DNA of 14,360 bases from Paraspadella gotoi (GCA_051294375.1 JBJCIZ010000507.1:1-14360), one strand, 5' to 3'; positions 1 through 10,182 are shown, numbered from the stretch's first letter. Made by a program: numbers and translations. The notes: a model not told the origin generated them from the letters alone.

Positions 1-495
1 AAAAAAGAGAGAAGATTTTTCTTAAGGAGACGCACTTCCGCCTCTCTTTTTCACGAGGCTCCCACTCATTTCTTTGGTTTCGCAGAAAAATTAATTTTAA
101 ACCTTAATAAATGAGCTAATAATCTTAATACCATATAAAAAATCTCTTATTCCATAAGTTTTTTTAATGATATGTAACCATACAATTATAAATAAAACAC
201 TTATAACCAATTTTAACCGTATAATACCACAAATTCACAAACCTTAATTCACCTGCACTTAAAAATTTCCCTAACCGATCCCTATCCTTAACCCTCAAAC
301 CTTAATTTTTAACTTATTTAAAACACGAATTTAAGATGAATGGGGCGTTTTAGGAAAAAAGGCTTCAAACCCTCCCGCTTCGAAAGTTCGAGAGCTTTTT
401 AAACAACATTAATCTTTTTGATCTTTTTTTTTTTACTTTGTTTTATTGTCGAACTCTTTTTTTTTTTTGATCCCGGGGATGCTCTTTTGTTTCAG

Positions 496-588
496 ACAAA
501 CCTCGTGCGGCTCGAGCGCAGATGAGGCGCGACATCTCGATCCATTCATCGCATCTTGCGACATCAATTACGGGGCCGGCGAGGCGAG
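496..588 (+). CDS. Gene 1 internal exon; possible ERG/KCNH-like potassium channel C-terminal coiled coil
   Basis: Acceptor ttttgtttcag|496, donor 588|gtgag, 93 nt GC-rich island. Phase-0 reading TNLVRLERR*GATSRSIHRILRHQL. With one -1 and one +1 indel it reads TNLVRLExQMRRDIxSIHRILRHQL, resembling the ERG-family coiled coil as I recall it (LxRLExQMxxDIxxILxLLQxQ). The exon is well supported; the product is tentative. Confidence 0.6.
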
Positions 589-782
589 GTGAGAGAGAGG
601 GAGGAAAGGGAGGGAGAAAGGGGGGGAGAGAGGGGGAAAGATGTAAGAACAGTAAGAATTCGAAAGAAAAGAAAGAAGGAAAGAAAGAAAGAAAAGAAAA
701 AGAAAAGAAAGAAGGAAAGAGAAAGAAGAAAGAAAAGAAAGAGAAAGAAAGAAAGAACTGAAAGAAGCTTAAGAAAGAGAGA
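589..782 (+). repeat. Polypurine low-complexity tract (GA/GGA/GAAA) at start of intron
   Basis: Almost exclusively A/G immediately after the donor at 589. Confidence 0.9.
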
Positions 783-922
783 TTAGTAGAGGTTTCGTTA
801 AGGAAAATATCTAATACTTCATATCAAGAAAACAATAAAGGCCGGGATTGATTAGTTAATTAGTTCTGAAGTGATTGATAGATTGATTTATTGAGGTGAT
901 ACCATCAATATTCTTCCTCCAG

Positions 923-1096
923 CATCTGCAAACAATCCGGAATGTCTTCCCACCAAACTCCGCCGCCGTTCTCCAGCAGATGCAACAGATGCAGCAGCTG
1001 CTGCATCGGCGACCTTCCGGCGCGGCGTCGTCGGGCGGTCTCGACGGCGCCGCGGCGCTCCCCGGCGCTGAATGAGACCAGTCGGAAGTCACGATG
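923..1096 (+). CDS. Gene 1 internal exon, Q/A/G-rich low-complexity region
   Basis: Acceptor ttcttcctccag|923, donor 1096|gtaaac, 174 nt. Phase-0 reading HLQTIRNVFPPNSAAVLQQMQQMQQLLHRRPSGAASSGGLDGAAALPGAE*DQSEVTM, with one in-frame TGA at 1073-1075. Confidence 0.65.
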
Positions 1097-1108
1097 GTAA
1101 ACGTGGGA

Positions 1109-1175
1109 TGAAAGGGGAGGGAGAGAGAGAGGGGGTAGGAGAGAGCCAGGGGGTTGCCAGAAGAGGAGAAGAGAG

Positions 1176-1212
<37 letters not shown>

Positions 1213-1273
1213 GAGAGAGAGAGAAGCGGGGGTAGGGAGAGAGGCAGGGGAAGGGAGAGAGCCAGGGGGGTTG

Positions 1274-1340
<67 letters not shown>

Positions 1341-1344
1341 AGAG
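1109..1344 (+). repeat. (GA)n microsatellite with duplicated interrupting unit
   Basis: Long GA runs; unit ggagagagccaggggg(g)ttgccaga occurs at ~1138-1161 and ~1254-1278. Confidence 0.95.
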
Positions 1345-2000
1345 TGCTTTAGGACGCTAATGTTCTTTTTGTTTTTAATTTTTTTTTGGTCTGTCCTCGT
1401 TTATTTTTAATTCTGTTTATTTTGGCTCTTTTTGCTTTTTCTCGAGCCGCGCTTGTAAAATAAAGGGAATAGGGAGATGAAATGCGCAGAGGAGATTGAG
1501 ATAAGTGGTGGTGGAGTGGGTGGTGGTTTTTGGTGGATGGGGGCGGGGAGAGATGGAAAAGATGGTAAGGGGGACTATGGGGAGCGAAGGGTGAGTTTTA
1601 TTTCTCTTTTTTAATTTTTGAAAGAGGAACAAAAAAACCCAATATATCGACTTCCGTCTTAGAATTACAAGTTTTTAAAGGGCCCTTAGTTAATTTCGAT
1701 GAAAAAAAAATTTAACTCAGTGCAACGATATATTATCTAAAATTCTTGAGAAGGCCGCTTGATTTTAACTTTTACTTTAAAATAAAACAACAATGAACAC
1801 TGATTCATTTCTCTGTTTCCGATTTAAAAAATATCCGTCGGCGATTTTCCGGTAGTAACATAAAAATCGGGCGGAGACTTCTTGAACGCAACACTATTTT
1901 TAAATTTAACCCTATTTCATTCTTATTCATATTATATTCTATTTAAGCCATACTTATGATATTCTTGAGATTTGAGGGTTTAAACGATTTCACCAAGCAG

Positions 2001-2092
2001 ACGCATCGACTTCTCGATTTGAATCTACATCTGACAAATCCGATTGCCCCTCGTCGCCTCATAATGTCCAACTTTCGACCAATCACTTACGG
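2001..2092 (+). CDS. Possible additional (alternative) exon of gene 1
   Basis: Mildly GC-rich island after tttcaccaagcag. Open in two frames (one reads DASTSRFESTSDKSDCPSSPHNVQLSTNHLR). Donor is weak (gg|gttt). Confidence 0.2.
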
Positions 2093-2729
2093 GTTTTATG
2101 CGTGTATATTACCTCTTCTATCTGTCTCTCATATCAATTGTCTTTTTGACTATCATTTCCTGTCCGTTTGTCTGTCTATGTACTGTCGGCACGAATGCGT
2201 CGTTTAAAAATTTTCCCCCTGTCATTTTTTTCTTCCCAAAATTATCTTAACGAGATTATTTTCCGACCAAATTTAAGGCGTATAACTGCGGGAATATAAC
2301 TACGTCGTTTTCTTTTTATGAGCTCGTAAAAAAAAAAGCCCAAGTGAATTTTTTTAAAATTAACAGAAAAAAATACTTTGGCCTTAGGGAAATTAAAATT
2401 GGTATCCTTTTTTTGATCAAAAAAAAAAAAAAACTGTTACATTAAATCTAAAATTTTAAAAACGAATATAATTTGATAAATTAAATTACTTCACAAGAGA
2501 TTACTGGAGTTTTTATTAAACAGGTTTTTTACTTTAGAAATAATTTTGAATACCATGAAAGTTTTGAATTGTAGTAATTTTTTGGGGGCGATTAAGCTTG
2601 GTACCCGGCGTTTCGTTTTTGGATAACCTGTGAAGTAGGTGGCAATACTTTCCTTTGGACATCTTTATTCTGAAAAGCGGAGTTTGTTTCTGAAGTTGGG
2701 TAGATAGAATCTCTCTCCATATTTTTTTT

Positions 2730-3590
2730 TGGCCGCAACAGCGGAAGGAAAGCGGAGGGGGGGGAGCTGAGGGGGCGGAAGGCAGAGAAAGATGCGGTAC
2801 TAAAACCGAAAAGAGGATATAACGGGGAAAATAACCATAAGAAAGGGAGTTCAATGGAACAAAGGAAAGCAGATCGTTGAGGGAGGAAATGTATTGGGGA
2901 ATAAAAACAGTTAACTGAGAGAGACGGAGGAAGAGGCAAAGGAAATAAAAAAGGGAGGAAGAGGGAAAGGAAATGAAAAAAAGAACAGAAGAGGAAAAAA
3001 AAGGAAAGAATAAGAAGAGAACGCATAAAAAAGGGGGAAAAGAATAAAAAGGAAAGAAAAAAGTGGGTTAAAAGGGAAACAAAGGAGCGAAAATTGATCA
3101 GATAAGCCCTGAAGAGACAGAGAAAGAAAGATAGAGAAGAAGGAGAGAGAGAGAGAAAGAGAGAGAGAGAGAAGAGAGAAGAATGAGATAAAAAAAATGA
3201 GCAGATAAGAAAAAAAAAAGAGAAAAAAAGAGAAAAAGTAAGAACGAATATAGAAAATGAGAAGGAAAAGGAATGGGGGGAGGTAGGAGGAGAAGAGGAT
3301 AAAGGAAGAGAAAGAGAGATAGAAAGGATAGGAGGATAGAGATAGGCTAGGAAGGATAGAAAAGGAGAGGAGAGGGATAAAGGAAGAGGAGGTTGAAAAA
3401 AAAGGAAAAATTCTGGAAAATGTAAACTCGAGAGGAAATAATACAACAAAAACCATTGAGGAAGGAAAATAGTCAATGGGCGGCCGATTTTGAATGGAAT
3501 GGGAAAGATGAGGAGGAGGAAGGAGGAGGAGGAAGAGGAGGAAGGAAGAAAGAGGAAGAAAGAAAAAATAAGAGTGTAAAGGAAAAAAAA
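2730..3590 (+). repeat. ~860 bp intronic polypurine low-complexity tract
   Basis: Strongly A/G-biased on the + strand; it generates the spurious F/S/L-rich minus-strand ORFs 2592-3641 and 2911-3456. Confidence 0.9.
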
Positions 3591-3682
3591 CTTATTTTTT
3601 TTTATTCCCAAAATAACCGATTTTCTCGATAGCAAACTCACTTCACGGCAATTTCCTTACCTAACCAAACCTCACCTTTCAG

Positions 3683-3778
3683 CAGCAGCAGCTGGACTCG
3701 ACGAACTTGCTCGGGGTTCCGTCGCCATCATCCCGGTCCCGCTCTCGGACTCACCTTTTTCCAATCACCGCCTTCGAG
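3683..3778 (+). CDS. Gene 1 internal exon
   Basis: Branch-like ctaac at 3661, acceptor cacctttcag|3683, consensus donor GAG|gtaagt. 96 nt, open in phase 0: QQQLDSTNLLGVPSPSSRSRSRTHLFPITAFE. Confidence 0.7.
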
Positions 3779-3847
3779 GTAAGTTAGAGGCCGAAGCCGA
3801 TCCTGACTTTCTACTCTAATGTTGACGATGATAACGACGACGACGAG

Positions 3848-3937
3848 CGAGAGAGAGAGAGAGAGAGAGGAGAGAGAAGGAGAGAAGCAGAGAGAGAGAG
3901 AGAGAGAGGAAGAGAGAGAGAGAGAGAGAGAGAGAGA
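3848..3937 (+). repeat. (GA)n microsatellite, intronic
   Basis: Direct GA dinucleotide run preceded by a short (ACG)n run. Confidence 0.95.
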
Positions 3938-3965
3938 CCCTACTTACCCTCAACCTTACCTCCAG

Positions 3966-4073
3966 ATCCCCGCTCCACCTTATCGGCGAGACGGCGAATA
4001 TTACATCCGTTGCTTTCCTTCTTCTTCGATCTGCGCCCAATCGGTCGGTCAGTCGCCTTCCGAAGCTGACAAG
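3966..4073 (+). CDS. Gene 1 internal exon
   Basis: Acceptor ccttacctccag|3966, donor AAG|gtagaa. 108 nt, open in phase 0: IPAPPYRRDGEYYIRCFPSSSICAQSVGQSPSEADK. Confidence 0.65.
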
Positions 4074-4335
4074 GTAGAAGGCCGACGTTGTGAATCGTTG
4101 CGCCGACAAACTTTTATTCATGTTTTTAATTTTTATGATCAATTTTCTTCCTATTTCTCTTTATTTTTTTATAATTGTTTTCAATTCTTACATTTTTTTT
4201 AAAATAAATTTGTGTTAGGTTTATTTTTATTTTTTATCTTTTTTTTCGTTTTTTCGTTTCATTTTTATCCGCTTCATTTTTTTATTTTTTCCTTCATTTA
4301 TCATTCTCCAATTTTCCCTCTTCATTTCCACTCAG

Positions 4336-4573
4336 GAGGATTTGGCCCGCTGGAGAAGATCGAGATCTGAATGGAGATGCTGGAGAAAGACGTCGATTTC
4401 GACGACGAAGTTCGACGACGAGACGACAAGACGTCCGAAGGAGGACGACGAAATAACGACGACAGACGACGACGACGACGACGACGGAACTGATTCTGAA
4501 GAAGATCGCCGTGTGACGATTGGACGCCGGAAGGTGATCGACGCCACCGCCGAACAGATGAGGGGCGGAACTG
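4336..4573 (+). CDS. Gene 1 internal exon, acidic (D/E-rich)
   Basis: Long pyrimidine tract and ccactcag|4336, donor CTG|gtaaag. Open in phase 0: EDLAR...FDDETTRRPKEDDEITTTDDDDDDDGTDSEEDRRVTIGRRKVIDATAEQMRGGT. Ends in phase 1 and contains a (GAC)n run. Confidence 0.7.
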
Positions 4574-4756
4574 GTAAAGGGGCCAAATCAGGATTGCACA
4601 TCAATCAATCATTTTGGTAAAATTGCCTCTAATCACTCTATCAACCTATCAAAACGCTATATATTCCTATTACATCAACATTCATTCTGAATAGGAATAT
4701 AAATGTGAAAAAGATGGAATTAATAAATTATTTTTTAAATAATAAATGAATGTCAT

Positions 4757-4866
4757 TCAATCAATAAATCAACCAATCAATCAATCCATCAATCAATCAT
4801 TCAATCAATCCAATCAACAAACATCATCAATCAATCAATCATCAATCAATGCATCAAACAATCAAT
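4757..4866 (+). repeat. Degenerate (TCAA)n tetranucleotide microsatellite, intronic
   Basis: tcaatcaataaatcaaccaatcaatcaatccatcaatcaatc... Confidence 0.9.
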
Positions 4867-4952
4867 CCGAATTAACACTCAATGAATAATTTAATGATGA
4901 ATAAAAGATGAAGTTTAAATCATTTTTCTTAATTCCTTCGTTCCTCGTCCAG

Positions 4953-5191
4953 GATATAGCGTCTTGAGCAGATCGCTGACGGGAAATCTCATTCCACGAC
5001 CTCTTCGCGACGTCTTTCGCCCGCTGAGGGACCGCTTCCAGGAGCGACATCTGAGAAGATTAACGGGTTTAAAGGAGCGAGTGGCTTGCCCCGCTTTCTT
5101 CTGAGCGAACGCGTCGGAGGAAGCGACGTTGCCAGGAGGCGGAAGCTTCGCTTCCCCCAGAAACGGAAGAAGAGGAACAAGGAAAAGCTAA
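4953..5191 (+). CDS. Gene 1 probable terminal coding exon
   Basis: Acceptor ttcctcgtccag|4953, phase matches the previous exon. Reads GYSVLSRSLTGNLIPRPLRDVFRPLRDRFQERHLRRLTGLKERVACPAFF, TGA at 5102-5104, then open to TAA 5189-5191, roughly where the GC-rich island ends. The true stop is uncertain. Confidence 0.55.
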
Positions 5192-5900
5192 CTGGTCCAC
5201 TGGAGTTAAACTCTGGTTCTCCGAAAAAAGATATATATACACATGCGTGATTTCTTTCTTAAAAAAAATCCCTGGAAGCGAACGCCTCGGAACGTACGTC
5301 TGAAGAAGCGATCGTTCGGAGACAGTCATCTCGGAAGCGAACGCAGAACTGAACAACCAAGTATATTTACTTTTCACGCGGAAAGAATCAAGGTCGCTGA
5401 GATTATATATACGTGCGAATCGGTTGACAGAAATTTTGTCACGCAAAATGAAGCGATTGCTTAAGAGGAACGAGTCGGCTTTTTACTAATAAAAAAAACA
5501 AATAATCCTCCCAGGAGCGATGTATGACGCGGTTCATTTGTTTTTTTTCCCCTTTGCGGCGTCGCCCAACCAATCGACTCGGCGATAATTAGACGACTCC
5601 ACGCCCACTTCCGGTTTTTTTGGTTTAAATCTTTCTCGTTTTACTCGAAAAATGAAAAGAGGTTTTATTTTTCGTGGGTTTCGCGACGCCCGCTATTATT
5701 TTTTTTTCACCGCTCACCTTATCTCAAACGAAAAAAAACGCTAGTAAAAATTATTAATATTATTTCATTTTAAAATAAGAACTAAAATCGTTAACTATCA
5801 TTTAAACCTTTGATCCGTTAAGTTGCGGCGCAGCGGCATGCGTAGAATTCTGTTAAGCAGAAAACGTCAGTGTCTATGATCTTCGCAATCATGAGATCGG

Positions 5901-5976
5901 TGACATCACGACATTCATGACATCAATCCTGTTCGTGTTGACATAAATCGTGTCACGTGGACATCAAATCGTGTCA
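5901..5976. repeat. Short degenerate tandem repeat, ~20 bp unit, about 4 copies (GACATCAAATCGTGT-like)
   Basis: tgacatcacg..., tgacatcaatcctgttcgtgt, tgacataaatcgtgtcacgt, ggacatcaaatcgtgtca. Confidence 0.7.
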
Positions 5977-7409
5977 ATAATACATTTCCTTTGCATAATC
6001 TGACAAAGGTTTAAATTGATTTCGCTGATAAGCCTTTGCGCGTCATGAAAAAAAGCAAATCTCATTTTTTTCTCTTTTTTTTAATTATGAAGTTTAATCG
6101 TAAAGAGGATATATATAACCGAAACTAAACAAAACAAGAACAAAACAAAATGGATATAAATACATGCGCGCAGAAGAATTAATTTATATGTAATATAAAT
6201 TAATAATTTGAAGCTTAAAGGCAAAACAACTCGCAAGATTAAACTCAGACCTGGGTCCTCACAACGAAAATTAGGATCCGAGAAGACGCATGAAAAAAAA
6301 AAACCAAAAAAAACTTATAACCTTCGTTTTGTTTTGTTTTTTGTTTATAAACAAAACCAAATTTAAAGGCGATACGTGAAAAAAGAAAATTAAATTAGTC
6401 GGGATTTGTCAACAATTCGACAAACTATGTAACACCTACGGTGTAAAATTAATTTAAAAATTAGTTTATAGAGAATCGATTGTTACATATCAATCGCGCA
6501 AAGAACAGATTAAAAAAAAAAAAAGAAAAGAAAAAAAAAAAAAGAGTGAAGGAATCTTTTTTGGCTCATAATTTCTCTACAAATTCGTAGCAAAAAGGAG
6601 AAAAAAAAATATGCAGAAGTTTTCCTCAGACCTAATTCAGAACCACCGTGACGTCTTAAAACAATATATATAATAACATAAACGACATATTTATTTAAAC
6701 CACGATTTTTAACTCTCTATCGAGTCGAACGGCGATGCGACTGAAAACAAAGAAAAACCAATAAAAGATAAATTATTAAAAAAGCTTTGAACTTTTTCTT
6801 CATTTGTACGAATGATAATACTTTGCTCTTGAATGGGGATTCATATTTGCATACATTTCATTTTTTCCTTTTTTTTTTTAATCGCACTGTACCAGATAAT
6901 CACTCATAGAAAAAAAAAAACTAAAAGACGGAACTGCCTCTTTTAGATTCGTTGCACTTAGTTCGACCGCGAAAGAAAAAAGACATCGCGATTTTTTTTC
7001 AATAATTATAATTCGCGATTCATATTGAAACTGCACATACATTTTCTTTTTCTTTAATTAACTTTTCGATTGAGTCGAAAACTATAAAAAATCGTGGGCC
7101 CACCGCCCTCATTTTTTTTTATGTCAACAATTCTCTTCATAATTTAATCCCAGTCAGGAGCGCGAACGGTTCGTCTCGATGCTCTTTTGTTACGAAGCGA
7201 TGACACTTCGTCGGCGAGATTTCCTCGATTCTTCATTTTGGTGTCTTCATTTTTTCCATTTTTTTTTCGTCTGCTCTTCTCATCTCTTCTCTATCGAACG
7301 CTGTCCTAACCTGTACATAGATCAACAACAAAAAAAAACAAAAAGAATGAACTTTAAAGCACATCTCCTATTGATTCATCAACCCTGTTTAACGGCGATT
7401 TTATTCTCA

Positions 7410-7415
7410 TCCCTC

Positions 7416-7465
<50 letters not shown>

Positions 7466-7492
7466 GTCTCTCTCTCTCTCTCTCTCTCGCTC
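7410..7492 (+). repeat. (CT)n microsatellite
   Basis: Direct CT dinucleotide run. Confidence 0.95.
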
Positions 7493-8439
7493 TATAACGG
7501 TTGCCTTGTCGGTGGAAAATAAAATAGTATTACTTCATTCAATTTTTTACGCCAAAGCAATTTTTTGAAAACGGGATTATTTAATTTTTTTTTAATACCG
7601 TCTTTTTCTGTCACGCTGAATCAACCAAAAAAAATTAACAATATTTTTTGCACTGCATTTATCAATTCAAAAATTAAAAAAAAAACCGAAAACAAAAAAC
7701 AAAAAAAGGTAAAAAAAATTTAGCATAATTTGAACGCGTTAACTTTTTTTATTTGTCAAAATTGGTTGAGCCATACGAATTTTGCTTACAAAAGAAGATG
7801 AGCGTAATGTTTTTTACATTTATTAAATCTTCCCCCATTGAAAAAATTGTAAAGTTGGTTGGGAATATTTCGCCTCAGATTTGCTTTTTCGGTTTGGAAA
7901 ATTTTTTGTAATTAAGTCGCTGTTTATATTTTATTTCAATTAAATAATTCGTTCTTTTATGGACTGATAAAAATTAGATTGTTTTTGCTAATAGCTGCGA
8001 GAGAATACATTTGGTAGTTTTAGCTAGATTACCTTTTTTCCTTCGCACGTTGGAAATTTAATCAAACAACTGGTCAGCCTATTATTTTAAAAATCTAAAC
8101 TTCGAATTAATGTTAATTAATGTTAATATCGTTTTTTGTTATTAATAAAAAAATTTCACAGACATTAATTAAAAACAGAATAAAAAAAGCTAACTTTATA
8201 AAATAATCTATCTTTCTTTAACTTAATTGTTATGACATAAAGAAGCATTGAATTAACGACAGGGAATGTTTGTATTTATACTTCAAACGGTATTAAAAAT
8301 GACCGTCTATGAAAAGATTAGTCCACGCGATCGAACAAAATCTCCAGGGAAAAGAAAAAAAAGTCAAAAACGCGGTAGTAAAAAAAAATTTAAAAAGGAA
8401 AAAAAATACTGTATCACGTTAGTAAGAGGGATAAGTGGC

Positions 8440-8631
8440 GAATACCGAACTGTACGAATACTGATTACCGAAACAGTACAAACGACTTGCGGTACTAATG
8501 CCAAACGGTAAGAGTACTGTAACGATACCGATGCCGTTTTCGATTCGTTTGAACAGTATAAATAATTTCCTGTGCGAACAAACTGTTAAATTCCGGGTCA
8601 GTATGAATAACCGAACTGTACAATACGATTA
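8440..8631. repeat. Dispersed ~27 bp direct repeat with ACCG/ACTGTA motif cluster
   Basis: gaataccgaactgtacgaatactgatta (8440) vs gaataaccgaactgtacaatacgatta (8605), with related motifs between them. Confidence 0.6.
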
Positions 8632-8874
8632 GAGAGACTTTCGGGAAAAAGAAAACTAAATTTAATCAATAACATTCAATAAAATTTAAAGTCATAAAAT
8701 TCAAGATGAAAATGACTTTGAATTTCTCCTCGCACAAATAAAAAAAAAATTCTGAATAAGTTTGTAATTAATGAGTATGAAAATTTATTATCCATATGAA
8801 AGGTAAAAAACGAATTGTTTTTTATTTACAACAAACAAAGTTATCAAACTAAACACCCAAGGATGCGTTGGAAA

Positions 8875-8916
8875 AGGTAAAGGGAAAGACAGAAAGATGA
8901 AGAGGAGAGATAAGAA

Positions 8917-8947
<31 letters not shown>

Positions 8948-9079
8948 GAGGGTGAAAAGAGAGAGAGAGAGAGAGAGAAAGAAAATTTAATTGTTAATGC
9001 ATGGACCTAAAACGAAAAAAAAAAGGAAAACATATTTTTATTAAAGGGAAATATCAAGCGAAAGGAATGGGAATGGTTG

Positions 9080-9167
<88 letters not shown>
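8875..9167 (+). repeat. Two (GA)n microsatellite blocks within a purine-rich region
   Basis: GA runs at ~8915-8980 and ~9085-9167. Confidence 0.95.
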
Positions 9168-9174
<7 letters not shown>

Positions 9175-9581
9175 TTGTATTTATTGTAGTCGTTAAATTA
9201 CTTATTAAGTATTTTTTTAGGAAAGTCCCGACGTAGTACATAATTTGTAAGAGAAAAGAGTTTGGGATTTTAGTCACAAAATTAACAGGTGCAAGGGTAA
9301 AAAAGGGAGGGAGGGAAATGAAAGTAGCCTTTTCTTTGTTTTTCTTTTATTTTATATCGTCACCTTTGGAATGTCTCTTTGTTGTTTAACGTATTATTTG
9401 GCCTCTTTTTATAAATTACCGTATCATGGTTTATGACATTTTCATTTGCTTACATTCACTTTTCGATTTTATCCATTTGTTTCGTTTTTTTTAGTTTTAC
9501 ATTTCATTTAGTTTTTGTTTTGTTTTGTAAATTTTTTTCTTCTCGGTTTTCCCTTTTGTTTTTTTGTCTTTTGTTGTCGTT

Positions 9582-9690
9582 TTATCCCGGGTAGAGGTCG
9601 CCGCAGTTGTCGAGGTCCGTCTCTCCGACGACGACGGCCTCCTCTCCTGATTCGGAGAGCATCTCTCGAGGAAGGGATTTAGGGGACCAC
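9582..9690 (-). CDS. Gene 2 terminal coding exon, unknown protein
   Basis: Minus-strand acceptor cccccttctcag|9690. Reads (R)WSPKSLPREMLSESGEEAVVVGETDLDNCGDLYPG-TAA; phase 2 matches the upstream exon. Confidence 0.75.
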
Positions 9691-9765
9691 CTGAGAAGGG
9701 GGGTGGGAAGAGAGAGTGAGACAGAGTCAGAGAAGGACGGAGACAGAGACAGAGTGATGACCGAC

Positions 9766-9841
9766 CTCGGCAAAAAGTAGTTGTCACTGAGCGGAGTTTC
9801 GTTCATCGGATTCGAGTGACTGTGAATGTGCAGCGGTAGAA
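9766..9841 (-). CDS. Gene 2 penultimate exon
   Basis: Acceptor ttttttcccccttcag|9841, donor GAG|gtcggt. 76 nt (phase 1 to 2), reads (V)LPLHIHSHSNPMNETPLSDNYFLP(R); followed by a 75 nt intron. Confidence 0.75.
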
Positions 9842-10061
9842 CTGAAGGGGGAAAAAATGTGAGCGATAACGTTTGTGATTATGATAAATTTTATATTAGT
9901 ATTTAAACTATTTTTTGTAAACATTACAATAAATACTATTAGCTTTTCAGGTTTGACGAGAGGTGAGGATTTCATTTTTATCATTGTGATGGTAAGTTTC
10001 ACGAAACAAACTAAAGTTTAGAGATTTTAAACTAATAAATTATGAATGGCAATGGGGCCTC

Positions 10062-10118
10062 CCTCTCGCATCTCCATCTCCCTCTCTCATCTCCATCTCC
10101 GTCTCGCATCTCCATCTC
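10062..10118. repeat. 19 bp tandem repeat x3
   Basis: cctctcgcatctccatctc / cctctctcatctccatctc / cgtctcgcatctccatctc. Confidence 0.85.
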
Positions 10119-10145
10119 TCTGCAACCTCACCAATTCTTAGCTTT

Positions 10146-10182
10146 CCCTAACCCTATCCCTCACCCTCACCCTCAACCTCAC
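10146..10182 (-). repeat. Degenerate telomere-like hexamer array (TTAGGG/TGAGGG) at intron 5' end
   Basis: Plus strand CCCTAA CCCTAT CCCTCA CCCTCA CCCTCA ACCTCA C. Confidence 0.8.

Noticed and set aside
268-306. Possible true telomere or chromosome end (CCCTAA-like)
   Set aside because: Only a few highly degenerate units, inside an intron-like region.
522-1410. R/E/K-rich ORFs 522-761, 556-786, 1072-1410, 1154-1360 (likewise 3816-4202, 7179-7568, 9001-9277)
   Set aside because: Read-through of GA/CT microsatellites, in several cases across splice sites.
2592-3641. 349 aa minus-strand ORF (and nested 181 aa ORF) that looks like a membrane protein
   Set aside because: Antisense translation of a polypurine tract, which lacks stops by composition; F/S/L low complexity; lies within an intron of gene 1.
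3967-4041. Ankyrin-like reading SPLHLIGETANITSVAFLLLRSAPN in the +1 frame
   Set aside because: Single isolated repeat lacking the conserved AA and G residues. Neighbouring exons look more protein-like in phase 0, and the next exon does not continue well in this frame. Not fully excluded given probable indels.
5488-5493. AATAAA as the gene 1 polyadenylation signal
   Set aside because: Plausible position, but the hexamer is frequent in this AT-rich sequence and cannot be supported without transcript data.
5901-5976. CRISPR-like or iteron-like repeat
   Set aside because: Units are degenerate and adjacent with no unique spacers; context is eukaryotic with no cas or rep genes.
7178-7191. 14 bp exact match gatgctcttttgtt shared with 478-491
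   Set aside because: Short and T-rich with no flanking similarity; compatible with chance.
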